Shown here piece by piece: positions 1 through 13,011 of a stretch of DNA of 38,740 nt. How positions within the stretch are numbered: position 1 is the stretch's first letter; each line of letters begins with the position of its first letter. Source of the stretch: Betaproteobacteria bacterium RIFCSPLOWO2_12_FULL_68_19 (GTDB taxonomy: Bacteria > Pseudomonadota > Gammaproteobacteria > Burkholderiales > SG8-39); NCBI GenBank assembly GCA_001772055.1, contig MERP01000029.1:1-38740 (forward strand), in the 5' to 3' direction. The notes below the pieces were generated by a model. It did no database searches and was not told the DNA's origin. It saw only the letters and a list, made by a program, of their open reading frames with translations. Both the position numbers and the translations under genes were made by a program.

Positions 1-3465
<3,465 letters not shown>

Positions 3466-3487
3466 GACCGGACTGTTGAATATACAA

Positions 3488-4567
3488 TTATTGCGCTGCA
3501 GCGACAATGGCTGCGCGCACCAGCGGCTCGTCCACGCCGCCACGCATGCTCGCGCTCCCGAGCCGCTCGAGCAGAACGAAGCGCAGCTCGCCTTTCGCCG
3601 CCTTCTTGTCGACCGCCATCAGCGCCAGCATCTCGTCGAGCGCGAGCGGCGGTCCTTTGACCGGCAGTCCAGCGCGCGAGATGAGCGTGCGCACCCGGGC
3701 AACGTCGTCGCTTCCGATCAGCTTCAGCAGCCTGGAGAGCTCCGCCGCCATCACCATGCCGGCGGCCACGGCCTCGCCGTGCAACCATGCGCCGTAGCCG
3801 CTGCCGGCTTCGATGGCATGGGCGAAGGTATGGCCGAGGTTGAGCAGGGCCCGCGGACCGGCTTCGCGCTCGTCGGCGGCGACGATCGCCGCCTTGAGCT
3901 CGCAGCTGCGCCGTACCGCATGCGTGAGCGCGCCGCGCTCGCGCGCGAGCAGCTTCTCGATGTTCTGCTCCAGCCACCCGAAGAAGGCGCGATCGAGCGC
4001 CGCACCGTGCTTGATGACCTCGGCCAGGCCGGCGCGCAGCTCGCGCTCGGGCAGCGTGTCGAGGGTGGCGAGGTCGGCAATCACCGCGCGCGGCTGGTGG
4101 AAGGCGCCGATCATGTTCTTGCCGCGCGGGTGGTTGATCGCGGTCTTGCCGCCGACCGAGGAATCGACCTGCGCGAGCAGCGTGGTCGGCACCTGCACGA
4201 AGGCGATGCCGCGCTGGTAGACCGCGGCGGCGAAGCCGGCCAGATCCCCCACCACCCCGCCGCCCAGCGCGACGAGCAGGGTGTCGCGCCCGCAGCGCGC
4301 CGCGAGCAGCGCATCGAACACGCGCTCCAGCGTCTGCCACCCCTTGGCCTGCTCGCCGTCGGGCACGACGATCCGGGTGACGCGCGCTCCCGCCGATTCC
4401 AGGGCCTGCCTGACCCGATCCAGGTAAAGGGGCGCCACAACCTCGTTGGTGACGATCGCGGCGCTTCCCGCCAGATACGGCGTGTAGAGGGCGCTCGTGC
4501 CGAGGATTCCGGCGCCGATGTGGATCGGATAGGAGCGGCTGCCGAGCGCTACGCTGAGGCTTTCCAT
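3488..4567 (-). CDS. aroB: 3-dehydroquinate synthase
   Basis: Motifs [50 protein letters not shown]. Confidence 0.97.
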   Translation of the reverse strand: MESLSVALGSRSYPIHIGAGILGTSALYTPYLAGSAAIVTNEVVAPLYLDRVRQALESAGARVTRIVVPDGEQAKGWQTLERVFDALLAARCGRDTLLVALGGGVVGDLAGFAAAVYQRGIAFVQVPTTLLAQVDSSVGGKTAINHPRGKNMIGAFHQPRAVIADLATLDTLPERELRAGLAEVIKHGAALDRAFFGWLEQNIEKLLARERGALTHAVRRSCELKAAIVAADEREAGPRALLNLGHTFAHAIEAGSGYGAWLHGEAVAAGMVMAAELSRLLKLIGSDDVARVRTLISRAGLPVKGPPLALDEMLALMAVDKKAAKGELRFVLLERLGSASMRGGVDEPLVRAAIVAAAQ

Positions 4568-5082
4568 CGCTCTCCGAGCTTGTCGATCAGCTCCCTCGCC
4601 AGCGCGAGCACCGTCTGCTTGCCGGTGTCGACGACCAGGTCGGCGACGTCGCGATACAGCGGGTCGCGCTCGGCGTGCAGCTCGCGCAGGCGCGCGAGCG
4701 GGTCGGCGGTGGCGAGCAGCGGCCGGTTGCGATCGTGGCGCACCCTCTCGTAGAGGTCCTCCGGGGTGGCGCGCAGGTACACCACCGTGCCCCGCGCCGC
4801 GAGCCGCCTGCGGTTGTCCTCCGAGAGCACCACGCCGCCGCCGGTGCCCAGCACCACCCCATCGAGGGCCGTCAGCTCGGCGAGCACCTGCGCCTCGCGC
4901 GCCCGGAACCCGGCTTCGCCCTCGATATCGAAGATCAGCGGTATCTTCACGCCGCAGCGGCGCTCGAGCTCCCGGTCCGAGTCGATGAAGCGCAGCTTGA
5001 GCCGGCGCGCGAGCAGCCGCCCGACGGTGGTCTTGCCTGCGCCCATCATGCCGACCAGGTAGATGTTTCCCGCGTGCCTCAT
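4549..5082 (-). CDS. aroK: Shikimate kinase
   Basis: P-loop [27 protein letters not shown]. Start placed at ATG 5082 (alternative 5091). Confidence 0.96.
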   Translation of the reverse strand: MRHAGNIYLVGMMGAGKTTVGRLLARRLKLRFIDSDRELERRCGVKIPLIFDIEGEAGFRAREAQVLAELTALDGVVLGTGGGVVLSEDNRRRLAARGTVVYLRATPEDLYERVRHDRNRPLLATADPLARLRELHAERDPLYRDVADLVVDTGKQTVLALARELIDKLGERWKASA

Positions 5083-5089
5083 CGCCGGC

Positions 5090-5095
5090 ATTGTA
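5090..5095 (-). promoter_or_regulatory. Putative sigma70 -10 element (TACAAT) for aroK
   Basis: TACAAT lies 7 nt upstream of ATG 5082 with no Shine-Dalgarno between them. Confidence 0.5.
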
Positions 5096-5096
5096 G

Positions 5097-5126
5097 AAAC
5101 AAAAACGGCCGGGAGGTCCCGGCCGT
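5097..5126 (-). terminator. Intrinsic terminator after pilQ
   Basis: Minus strand ACGGCCGGGA-CC-TCCCGGCCGT followed by TTTTGTTT. Confidence 0.85.
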
Positions 5127-5152
5127 CGAAGCCGCCCGAGGAGGGGTGGCGA

Positions 5153-7261
5153 TCAGCGAATCGTGAGCCGCTCGTTCACGATGCGCGGCGTGATGAATAC
5201 CAGCAGCTCGGTCTTGTCGTTGCTGGTCGCGTCGTTGCGGAACAGGAAGCCGATGAAAGGCAGGTCCCCGAGCAGGGGCACCTTGGTGATATCGGTCCGG
5301 TCGTTCTGCTCGTAGATGCCGCCGATCACCACCGTGCCGCCGTTCTCGACCAGGACCTCGGTCTTGACGTGCTTGGTGTTGATCTGCACGAACGTGCCGA
5401 CCCCGCTGCCCACCTGGTCCTTGGTGACGTCGAGCGTCATGATGACGTTGCCGTCGGGGGTGATCTGCGGCTTCACCTTGAGCGAGAGCACCGCCTTGCG
5501 GAAGGAGATGGACGTCGCGCCCGACGAGGTCGCGGTCTGGTAGGGGATCTCGGTGCCCTGCTCGATCAGCGCCTCGACCTGGTCGGCGGTCAGCACCCGC
5601 GGGCTGGCGATGATCTTGCCCTTGCCGTCGGCCTCCAGCGCGCTCACCTCGAGGTTGAGGAAGCGCGTCGCCCCGCTGTTGAACAGGATGAAGGAGAACT
5701 GCCCGGCGTTGAACAGGTTGAGGCCCGCGGCCGGCAGGTTCACGCTGTGGGCGTTGCCGATGAAGTCCGGGTCGGTGCCGGTCTGGCCGGTGTGAAAGCC
5801 GGTGTCGGCGATGCCGCCGCCGACGGAGAAGCGCGGGCTGTTCTGCCCGAGAACGCGCGTCCCGGGAACCGGCGAGATGTCGTGGTAGCCAAGGCGCGCC
5901 CCGAGGTTCTTGCTGAAGCTGTCGTTCGCCTCGACGATGCGCGCCTCGATCATTACCTGCCGTACCGGGATGTCGATCTTGGCGAGCAGCTTCCTCACCT
6001 CGTCGAGCCGGGCCGGCGTGTCCTGCACGAACAGCGTGTTGGTGCGCGCGTCCACCACCGCGCTGCCGCGCTTGGAGAGGATCCTCTGGTTCGGGTCGGA
6101 GAGCAGCTTCTGCACGTCGGCCGCTTTCTGGTAGTTCATCTGGAACGACTCGGTGCGCGTCTGCTCGAGGTCGTTGATCTGGTTGGCGGCCTCGAGCGCG
6201 AGCTTCTCGCGCGTGGCGAGCTCGTCGCGCGGTGCGATCCAGATCACATTGCCGTTGCGCCGGCTGTCGAGCCCGCGCGTCTGCAGGATGATCTCGAGCG
6301 CCTGGTCCCAGGGAACGTCCTTGAGCCGCAGCGTGATGTTTCCCGTGACCGTGTCGCTGGTGATGATATTGAGGTCGGTGAAGTCGGCGATGACGTTGAG
6401 CACCGCGCGCACCTCGACGTTCTGGAAGTTGAGCGAGAGCTTTTCCCCGGTGTAGCGGCCGCGCGCTTCGCGCGTGGGGTCGGCCGAGAGCGGCTTGACC
6501 TCGAGCACGAACTGCGTGTCGGATTGGTAGGCGTTGTGCTCCCACTGCCCTTTCGGCTCGATCACCATGCGCACGTTCTCGCCCTGCTGGAAGGTGGCGA
6601 CCGTGTTCACCGGCGTGCCGAAGTCGATCACGTCGAGGCGGCGGCGCAGGTTGTCGGGCAGCGTGGTCTTGAGGAACTCGACCACCACGTTCTGCCCCTG
6701 CTGGCGGATGTCGATGCCGGTGCTGCTGTCCGAGAGGTCGACGATCACGCGCCCTTCGCCCGAGCGGCCGCGGCGGAAGTCGATGTCGCGAATGGCGTGC
6801 TTGGCGTCGGCCCTGCCCTGGGCGAAATGCGCCACCTGGCCGCCGGGCGTCTGCGCCACCGCGGTCGTCTCGGAGAGCGTGATCAGCACCGTGCGACCCT
6901 CGACGCTCGCCTCGTGCGCCACCGGCCGGCGCAGGTTCAGCACCAGGCGCGCGCGGTCGGCGCCCTGCACGATGTTCACGCTGCGCAGCTCGCCCTGGCC
7001 GATCTCCTGGCTCGAGCGGCCGAGCGAGTTCACGGTATTGGCAAAGTCGAACGCGATGCGGGCCGGGCTGGCGATCGCGAAGTTGGGCGGCACGCTGCGC
7101 AGCGGCTCCTTGGTGGTGATCCGCACCACGACCTTCCCGCCCTGCTGGGTCACGTCCAGCGCCTCGATGCTGTTGGCCGCGGCGCCGTTCGCCTGGGCGA
7201 GGGCGAGCCCCGTGCCGGCGAGCCACAATGCGAGCCCGAACAAGAGCGTTTTCGTTTTCAT
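5153..7261 (-). CDS. pilQ: Type IV pilus secretin
   Basis: Signal peptide, two AMIN-like domains, YTGEKLSLNFQNVEVR, VPWDQAL, secretin C-terminus KVPLLGDLPFIGFLFR...ELLVFITPRI. Confidence 0.96.
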   Translation of the reverse strand: MKTKTLLFGLALWLAGTGLALAQANGAAANSIEALDVTQQGGKVVVRITTKEPLRSVPPNFAIASPARIAFDFANTVNSLGRSSQEIGQGELRSVNIVQGADRARLVLNLRRPVAHEASVEGRTVLITLSETTAVAQTPGGQVAHFAQGRADAKHAIRDIDFRRGRSGEGRVIVDLSDSSTGIDIRQQGQNVVVEFLKTTLPDNLRRRLDVIDFGTPVNTVATFQQGENVRMVIEPKGQWEHNAYQSDTQFVLEVKPLSADPTREARGRYTGEKLSLNFQNVEVRAVLNVIADFTDLNIITSDTVTGNITLRLKDVPWDQALEIILQTRGLDSRRNGNVIWIAPRDELATREKLALEAANQINDLEQTRTESFQMNYQKAADVQKLLSDPNQRILSKRGSAVVDARTNTLFVQDTPARLDEVRKLLAKIDIPVRQVMIEARIVEANDSFSKNLGARLGYHDISPVPGTRVLGQNSPRFSVGGGIADTGFHTGQTGTDPDFIGNAHSVNLPAAGLNLFNAGQFSFILFNSGATRFLNLEVSALEADGKGKIIASPRVLTADQVEALIEQGTEIPYQTATSSGATSISFRKAVLSLKVKPQITPDGNVIMTLDVTKDQVGSGVGTFVQINTKHVKTEVLVENGGTVVIGGIYEQNDRTDITKVPLLGDLPFIGFLFRNDATSNDKTELLVFITPRIVNERLTIR

Positions 7262-7794
7262 CTTTTAGCCTCCACCAGTTGGAGCGAGCTCGAGCGCTCG
7301 ACCCACTCCCCCCCGCTGTCCTGCACCAGCTCCTTGAGGCTGATCTGCGCTTCGTCGATGGCGGTGATCACGCCAAAGTTCTGCCCCATGTAGTTGCCCT
7401 TCCTCACCCGGTACAGGTTCGGGCCCGCCTTGACCAGCGCGAACACCTCCTTTTCCTGGGTGATGCTGCCGAGCATCTGGATCGACTCGAGCGGGAAGGC
7501 CTCGAGGGGCTCCTTCAGCCGCTTCTCGTGCTCGGCGATCTTGCTCGCGCTGGCCGAGCTGCGGCCAGCCTGCGCCACCTCGATGCGCTCGGGCCGGAAC
7601 GGATCGATCTGGCCTTCCGCGGTGTAGGGCACCGGCTCGTAGGGCTTCACCTGCGGCAACGGGTCGACCCGGCCGCGGAAGTCCTTGGTCGCCTGCGCCA
7701 GCTCCTGCTTGAGGTCGCTGTGCTCTTCCCCGCCGCAGCCGGCGATGAGCAGCGCGGCGCTCGCCGCGACGGTGGTGGCGATAGCGCCTCTCAT
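7258..7794 (-). CDS. pilP: Type IV pilus assembly lipoprotein
   Basis: Lipobox LIAGC, KEPLEAFPLESI, GNYMGQNFG; position in the operon. Confidence 0.93.
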   Translation of the reverse strand: MRGAIATTVAASAALLIAGCGGEEHSDLKQELAQATKDFRGRVDPLPQVKPYEPVPYTAEGQIDPFRPERIEVAQAGRSSASASKIAEHEKRLKEPLEAFPLESIQMLGSITQEKEVFALVKAGPNLYRVRKGNYMGQNFGVITAIDEAQISLKELVQDSGGEWVERSSSLQLVEAKR

Positions 7795-8444
7795 CGTTTC
7801 TTCGCGCCCTTCTTCGCCGCCTGCGCCTTGCGCTGCGCCGCGATCTCGTCCTCGTCGAGATAGCGGAAGGTTCGGGCGGTGGCGTCCATGAGCAGGGTGC
7901 CGTCCTTGCCGGCGTTGATGGCGACGTTGTTCAGGGTCACGATGCGCGAGAGCTGGCCGACGTCGCTCGCGAAGGCGCCCATGTCGTGGTAGGTGCCGAG
8001 CACCTTCACCTGGATCGGCAGCTCGGCGTAGAAGTCCTTCACGCTCTCGTTCGCGGCCGGCTTGAAGAGATCGAATTGCAGCCCGCGCCCGAGCCCGGCC
8101 TGGTTGATGTCGACCAGCAACGCGTCCATCTGCGACTTGTTGGGCAGCTGGCGCAGCAGCGCGCCAAATTGCGTGTCGATCTCGCGCAGCTGCTGGCGAT
8201 GCAGATCGAGGTTGATCGCCTGCTTCTTCTTGCCGAGGTACTGCTGCTTGAGGCTCTCTTCCTGGTTGCGGCCGCTCTCGAGGTCGTTCAGCTGCTGCTG
8301 CGTGTCAAGGAAGAAGCCGGCGACCGGGACTGCGATCAGGATGGCGAGGAGCACCAGCAGCTTGGGCGCGACACGCCAGGTGCCGGGATCCTGCCAGTTG
8401 GTGCGCTTGAACTCCTCGACCAGGGCGTTGAGGTTGAGGGCCAT
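7791..8444 (-). CDS. pilO: Type IV pilus assembly protein
   Basis: Start at ATG 8444 (MALNLN); one TM helix, LLRQLPNKSQM, FYAELPI, YHDMGAFASDV, TFRY. Confidence 0.93.
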   Translation of the reverse strand: MALNLNALVEEFKRTNWQDPGTWRVAPKLLVLLAILIAVPVAGFFLDTQQQLNDLESGRNQEESLKQQYLGKKKQAINLDLHRQQLREIDTQFGALLRQLPNKSQMDALLVDINQAGLGRGLQFDLFKPAANESVKDFYAELPIQVKVLGTYHDMGAFASDVGQLSRIVTLNNVAINAGKDGTLLMDATARTFRYLDEDEIAAQRKAQAAKKGAKKR

Positions 8445-8449
8445 GGCAT

Positions 8450-9049
8450 CTACCCTTTTTTCGCCGCGGGCTTCGCCCCCGGCTTGGCCTTGGACTCGTC
8501 CGCCGCCGTACGCTTCAGGAACAGGAACAGGTTGAACTCCGACACCCGCTTCTTGTCGACGTTGGCCGCCTTGACTTCGACCAGAACCGGGTTCTCGAGC
8601 CACGGCGAGGACTCGATGTTGCGCATCAGGGACGAGACACGCGCGTTCGACTGCGCATAGCCGACCACCTGGACGCGCAGGCCTTTCTGGGTGAGCGACT
8701 TCAGGTACACGCCCTCGGGCGTCTGGCGCACCAGCTCATCGAGCAGGTGCACGGTCTGCGCGCGGTCGGCCTGCAGCGTCTCGATGATGTTCTTGCGGGC
8801 GAGCAGCGCCTGGATCTCGTCCTTGAGCTTCTTGATCTCGGCGATCTCCTTGTCGAGCTTGGAGATCTCGCCCTTCAGGAAGCTGTTGCGGCCCTCCTGC
8901 GTGCTGATTTTCTCGGCATAGAAGGTGTGCACCGCGAACACGATCACGGCGCCGAGCACGGCGGTGCCGATCGATACGCCGATGAAATGCTGGCGCGCGC
9001 GCTTGCGCGACTCGGCGCGGTGCGGCAGCAGGTTGATGCGGGCGCTCAT
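8450..9049 (-). CDS. pilN: Type IV pilus assembly protein
   Basis: INLLP motif after ATG 9049, TM helix, coiled coil, GYAQSNARVS. Confidence 0.94.
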   Translation of the reverse strand: MSARINLLPHRAESRKRARQHFIGVSIGTAVLGAVIVFAVHTFYAEKISTQEGRNSFLKGEISKLDKEIAEIKKLKDEIQALLARKNIIETLQADRAQTVHLLDELVRQTPEGVYLKSLTQKGLRVQVVGYAQSNARVSSLMRNIESSPWLENPVLVEVKAANVDKKRVSEFNLFLFLKRTAADESKAKPGAKPAAKKG

Positions 9050-10122
9050 ACCGGATCGAATCTCCTCATGGCCAGCCCGCAAGCCACGATCAGCGAGGGC
9101 GCGTCGACGATCAGGCGCTTGAGCTGGATGCGGGGCGAGGTCTGCATGAGCGCGAACGGATTCGCGACGCTCGCGGGCACCTGCGCCCGCGTGTTGACCA
9201 CCTCGTCGAGCCCCGGGATCACCGCCGAGCCGCCGGCGAGCAGGATATGGTCGACGCTGTGGTACTGCGTGGAGGTGAAGAAGAACTGCAGCGCGCGCTG
9301 CACCTCCATGGACAGGTTCTCCATGAAAGGCTTGAGCACCTCGGCCTCGAAATCGTCGGGCAGCCCGCCGGAGCGCTTGGCGTTCTCCGCTTCCTCCGGG
9401 CTCATGCCGTAGCGGCTGACGATCTCCTGCGTGAGCTGGTTGCCGCCGAAGGCCTGCTCGCGCGTGTACACCGACTGGTCGTTGCGCAGCACGCTCACGT
9501 TCATCACGTTCGCGCCGACGTCGACCACGGCGATGTTCTGGTCCTTGCCGCCGTTGGGCAGCGCCTGCACCACCAGCGACAACGCCGCCTGCTGGGCGAA
9601 GGACTCGACGTCCATCACCAGCGCCTTGAGCCCGGCGGACTCGGCCACGGCGACCCGGTCCTCGACCTTTTCCTTGCGCGTCGCGGCGATCATGACTTCC
9701 TGCTCGTCGGGGGTGGTCGCCGAAGGGCCGAGCACCTGGAAGTCGAGGTTCACCTCCTCGAGCGCGAAGGGAATGTACTGGTTCGCCTCGCTCTCGACCT
9801 GCACCTCGAGCTCGTCCTCGCGCAACGCCGCCGGGACGACGATTTTCTTGGTGATCACCGCGCCGGTGGGCACTGCCATCGCCACGTGCTTGGTGCGCGT
9901 GCCGAGGCGCTTGTGCGCGCGCTTCACGGCGTCGGCCACCGCCTCGAGGTTGTTGATGTTGCCGTCGACGACCGAGTCGCGCGCCAGCGGCTCGATGGCG
10001 TAGCGCTCGACGCGGTAGCTCCCTTTGCCGGCATCGACGATTTCGAGCATCTTCACCGACGACGAGCTGATGTCCAGCCCGAACAATGGCGGAGCCTTCG
10101 GCTTGAACAGGTCGAATGCCAT
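9046..10122 (-). CDS. pilM: Type IV pilus assembly actin-like ATPase
   Basis: GLDISSSSVK, YIPFALEEVNLDF, VDVGA, ILLAGG, GLAMR. Confidence 0.96.
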   Translation of the reverse strand: MAFDLFKPKAPPLFGLDISSSSVKMLEIVDAGKGSYRVERYAIEPLARDSVVDGNINNLEAVADAVKRAHKRLGTRTKHVAMAVPTGAVITKKIVVPAALREDELEVQVESEANQYIPFALEEVNLDFQVLGPSATTPDEQEVMIAATRKEKVEDRVAVAESAGLKALVMDVESFAQQAALSLVVQALPNGGKDQNIAVVDVGANVMNVSVLRNDQSVYTREQAFGGNQLTQEIVSRYGMSPEEAENAKRSGGLPDDFEAEVLKPFMENLSMEVQRALQFFFTSTQYHSVDHILLAGGSAVIPGLDEVVNTRAQVPASVANPFALMQTSPRIQLKRLIVDAPSLIVACGLAMRRFDPV

Positions 10123-10131
10123 TAAAGTTGC

Positions 10132-10179
10132 TTCCCTTCCCTTATTTCCCTAATTTCCCTAATTTCCCTTATTTTCCTT
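10132..10179. repeat. Imperfect 9-bp tandem repeat (TTCCCTWAT, about 4-5 units) in the pilM leader; G-quadruplex motif on the minus strand
   Basis: Plus strand TTCCC TTCCCTTAT TTCCCTAAT TTCCCTAAT TTCCCTTAT TTTCCTT. Confidence 0.85.
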
Positions 10180-10338
10180 TGTGCATCGGGCCTTAGGGGC
10201 GATACGTAGAATTCGCGTTAAATGCTAGCAACAACCCCTCCCCGTGTCTAGTTAATTTTCCGCAGGGCCCAAGGAGTTATGATGCTACGTTTCCAGCAAG
10301 CCCTGCAATAACGCGCCGGCGACCGGCTAACAGCCTTG

Positions 10339-12672
10339 ATGTGGCTCCGCTTTCTCGTTTTTCCGCTGACCCTGCTGGCGGGTCTGGCGGTTATCGGCGT
10401 GCTTACCCTGGCTTTGGTGGTAGCGCTCGCTTACCCCAACTTGCCCGCCCTCGGCGTCCTGACCGAGTACCAGCCCAAGGTGCCCCTGCGGATCTACACC
10501 GCCGAGGGGATCCTGATCGGCGAGTTCGGCGAGGAGCGCCGTGCCGTGGTCTCGATCGACGAGGTGCCCGCGCAGCTCAAGAACGCCATCATCGCCGCGG
10601 AGGACGAGCGCTTCTACGAGCACCCCGGCATCGACTACGTGGGCGTGCTGCGGGCCGCGTACGCCAACGTCGTTGCCGGCGGCAAGCGCCAGGGCGCGAG
10701 CACCATCACCATGCAGGTCGCGCGCAATTTCTTCCTGTCGTCGGAAAAGACCCTCACGCGCAAGCTCTATGAGGCGCTGCTCGCTTTCAAGATCGAGCAC
10801 AGCCTGGCAAAGGACGAGATCCTGGAGCTGTACGTGAACCAGATCTATCTCGGGCAGCGGGCGTACGGCTTTGGCGCCGCCTCGCAGATCTATTTCGGCA
10901 AGGCGCTCGGCCAGCTCAGCCTCGCCGAGACCGCAATGCTCGCCGGCCTGCCGAAGGCGCCGTCGGTCTATAACCCGATCGCCAACCCCCAGCGCGCCAA
11001 GCAGCGCCAGAAGTACGTGCTGCGGCGCATGACCGAGCTTGGCTACATTACGGCGACGCAGTATGAGGATGCGCTAAACGCCCCAATCCGGCCGCGCCGG
11101 GGCGAAGTGAACGAATACTCCGTGCACGCCGAGTACATTGCGGAGATGGTGCGGCAAGCGCTCGCCGAGCACTATCCCGAAGACGTCTATTCGCGCGGCT
11201 TCCGGGTCTACACCACGATCCGCAAGGCCGACCAGGAGGCCGCCTACTACGCGCTGCGCAGAGGCGTACTGGAGTACGACCGGCGGCAGGGCTATCGCGG
11301 CCCCGAGGCCTTCGTCGACCTTCCGGCCGGGGCCAGCGACGACGATTACGAGGACGCGCTCGCCGACCATTCGGACAGCGATGAGCTGCTGATCGCGGTG
11401 GTGCTGGCGGCCAACCCGCGCCAGGTGCAGGCCGCGCTGCGCAACGGCGAGAAAATCAGCATCACGGGCGAGGGGCTGCGCTTCGCCGCGCGCGCCCTGG
11501 AGCCCAAGACCGCGCCGCAGCGGCGCATCCGCCGGGGCGCCATCGTGCGCGTAGTGCGCGAGGGCCGCGCCTGGCAGATCGTCCAGTTGCCGGAGGTCGA
11601 GGCGGCGTTCATTTCGCTCGACCCGCGCGACGGGGCGGTGCGCGCCCTGGTGGGCGGATTCGAGTTCGGCCGCAACAAGTTCAACCACGTCACGCAGGCC
11701 TGGCGCCAGCCCGGATCGTCGTTCAAGCCGTTCATCTACTCGGCGTCGCTGGAAAAGGGCTTCACCCCCGCCACGGTCGTGCCCGACGAGCCGGTGGTGC
11801 TGGAAGCCGAAGAGACCGGCAGCCAGCGCTGGGAGCCGAAGAACTACGACGGGGCGTTCGAGGGGCCGATGCGGCTGCGCGCGGCGCTCGCCAAGTCGAA
11901 GAACATGGTCTCGATCCGGATTCTGGATGCGATCGGGCCGAAGTACGCCCAGGATTACGTCGCGCGCTTCGGCTTCGAGCCCGAGCGCCACCCCGCCTAT
12001 CTCACCATGGCGCTCGGCGCGGGCTCGGTCACGCCCTGGCACATGGCGCGCGCCTATTCGGTGTTCGCGAACGGCGGCTACCTGGTGCAGCCCTATTTCA
12101 TCCACAAGATCGTCGACGACCGCGGCAACCCGCTCGCGCTCGCCGACCCGCCGCGCGCCGGCGACGAGTCCCCGCGCGTCATCGACGAGCGTAATGCCTT
12201 CGTCATGGACAGCATGATGCAGGACGTGACGCGCTACGGGACCGGGGCGCGCGTAGCGCGCCTGGGGCGCACCGATCTCGCCGGCAAGACCGGCACGACC
12301 AACGAGTTCGTCGACGCCTGGTTCACCGGCTACCAGTCCTCGCTGGTGGCGATCGCCTGGGTCGGGTTCGATCAGCCGCGCACGCTGGGGAAGAACCAGA
12401 CCGGGAGCGTGGTGGCCCTGCCGATCTGGCTCGACTACATGGAAGCGGTGCTGAAGGACGAGCCGCAGACCTCGCGCGAGGTGCCGCCTGGCATCGTCAC
12501 CGTGCCGGTCGGCCCCTTCCCGGCGCTGCCGGGCGAGCCCAAGCTGGTGCCGGAATTCTTCTACGAGGAGGCCGTGCCGCCGCCGGAGGTGCTGCGACCG
12601 CCTGCGCCTCCCCTGCCGCTGCCCCTGTACGAGCAGTCGCCGCTCTTCGAGCGGTCCTATCCGCCCTCTTGA
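10339..12672 (+). CDS. mrcA: Penicillin-binding protein 1A
   Basis: Transglycosylase EDERFYEHPG and GASTITMQVARN; transpeptidase RQPGSSFKP, SKN, GKTGT; divergent from pilM. Confidence 0.96.
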   Translation: MWLRFLVFPLTLLAGLAVIGVLTLALVVALAYPNLPALGVLTEYQPKVPLRIYTAEGILIGEFGEERRAVVSIDEVPAQLKNAIIAAEDERFYEHPGIDYVGVLRAAYANVVAGGKRQGASTITMQVARNFFLSSEKTLTRKLYEALLAFKIEHSLAKDEILELYVNQIYLGQRAYGFGAASQIYFGKALGQLSLAETAMLAGLPKAPSVYNPIANPQRAKQRQKYVLRRMTELGYITATQYEDALNAPIRPRRGEVNEYSVHAEYIAEMVRQALAEHYPEDVYSRGFRVYTTIRKADQEAAYYALRRGVLEYDRRQGYRGPEAFVDLPAGASDDDYEDALADHSDSDELLIAVVLAANPRQVQAALRNGEKISITGEGLRFAARALEPKTAPQRRIRRGAIVRVVREGRAWQIVQLPEVEAAFISLDPRDGAVRALVGGFEFGRNKFNHVTQAWRQPGSSFKPFIYSASLEKGFTPATVVPDEPVVLEAEETGSQRWEPKNYDGAFEGPMRLRAALAKSKNMVSIRILDAIGPKYAQDYVARFGFEPERHPAYLTMALGAGSVTPWHMARAYSVFANGGYLVQPYFIHKIVDDRGNPLALADPPRAGDESPRVIDERNAFVMDSMMQDVTRYGTGARVARLGRTDLAGKTGTTNEFVDAWFTGYQSSLVAIAWVGFDQPRTLGKNQTGSVVALPIWLDYMEAVLKDEPQTSREVPPGIVTVPVGPFPALPGEPKLVPEFFYEEAVPPPEVLRPPAPPLPLPLYEQSPLFERSYPPS

Positions 12673-12989
12673 GGGCGCAGCAGCACCGGCTGGCCGCTCT
12701 GCGCCGATACGAGCCGCGAGAGCGCGGCAAACAGCTCCCCGCCGTCACGCGTATCTCGCCAGGCCGCGCCGTCCCAGCGGAAGTGGAATCCGCCGGCGCG
12801 CGCCGCCACCCAGATCTCGCGCGCCGCGCCGTGGCGGTTGACGATCATCTTCGAGCCGTCGGCGAACTCGATTTCGAGCACGCCGTCCCCCTTTCGCTCG
12901 ATGTCCGCGTCGACACCACCCTCCTCGAGGGCGGTTTCGATTCTTGACAGCGCCCGCTCGGCGAGCGCTTCGAAGTCAGTCTCGTTCAT
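12657..12989 (-). CDS. cyaY: Iron donor, frataxin homolog
   Basis: GVLEIEF, IVNRH...EIWVAARAGGFHF; start at ATG 12989. Confidence 0.94.
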   Translation of the reverse strand: MNETDFEALAERALSRIETALEEGGVDADIERKGDGVLEIEFADGSKMIVNRHGAAREIWVAARAGGFHFRWDGAAWRDTRDGGELFAALSRLVSAQSGQPVLLRPQEGG

Positions 12990-12992
12990 GGG

Positions 12993-13011
12993 TGCTAACA
13001 TCGCGATTTTA
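12993..13011. promoter_or_regulatory. Putative bidirectional promoter between cyaY and lptM
   Basis: Near-palindrome TAACAT-CGCG-ATTTTA gives TGcTAACAT on plus and TAAAAT on minus. Confidence 0.5.

Noticed and set aside
10132-10179. Repeat read as a CRISPR array, iterons or a telomere-like element
   Set aside because: Units are 9 bp and contiguous with no spacers; no cas or rep genes; only two TTAGGG copies.
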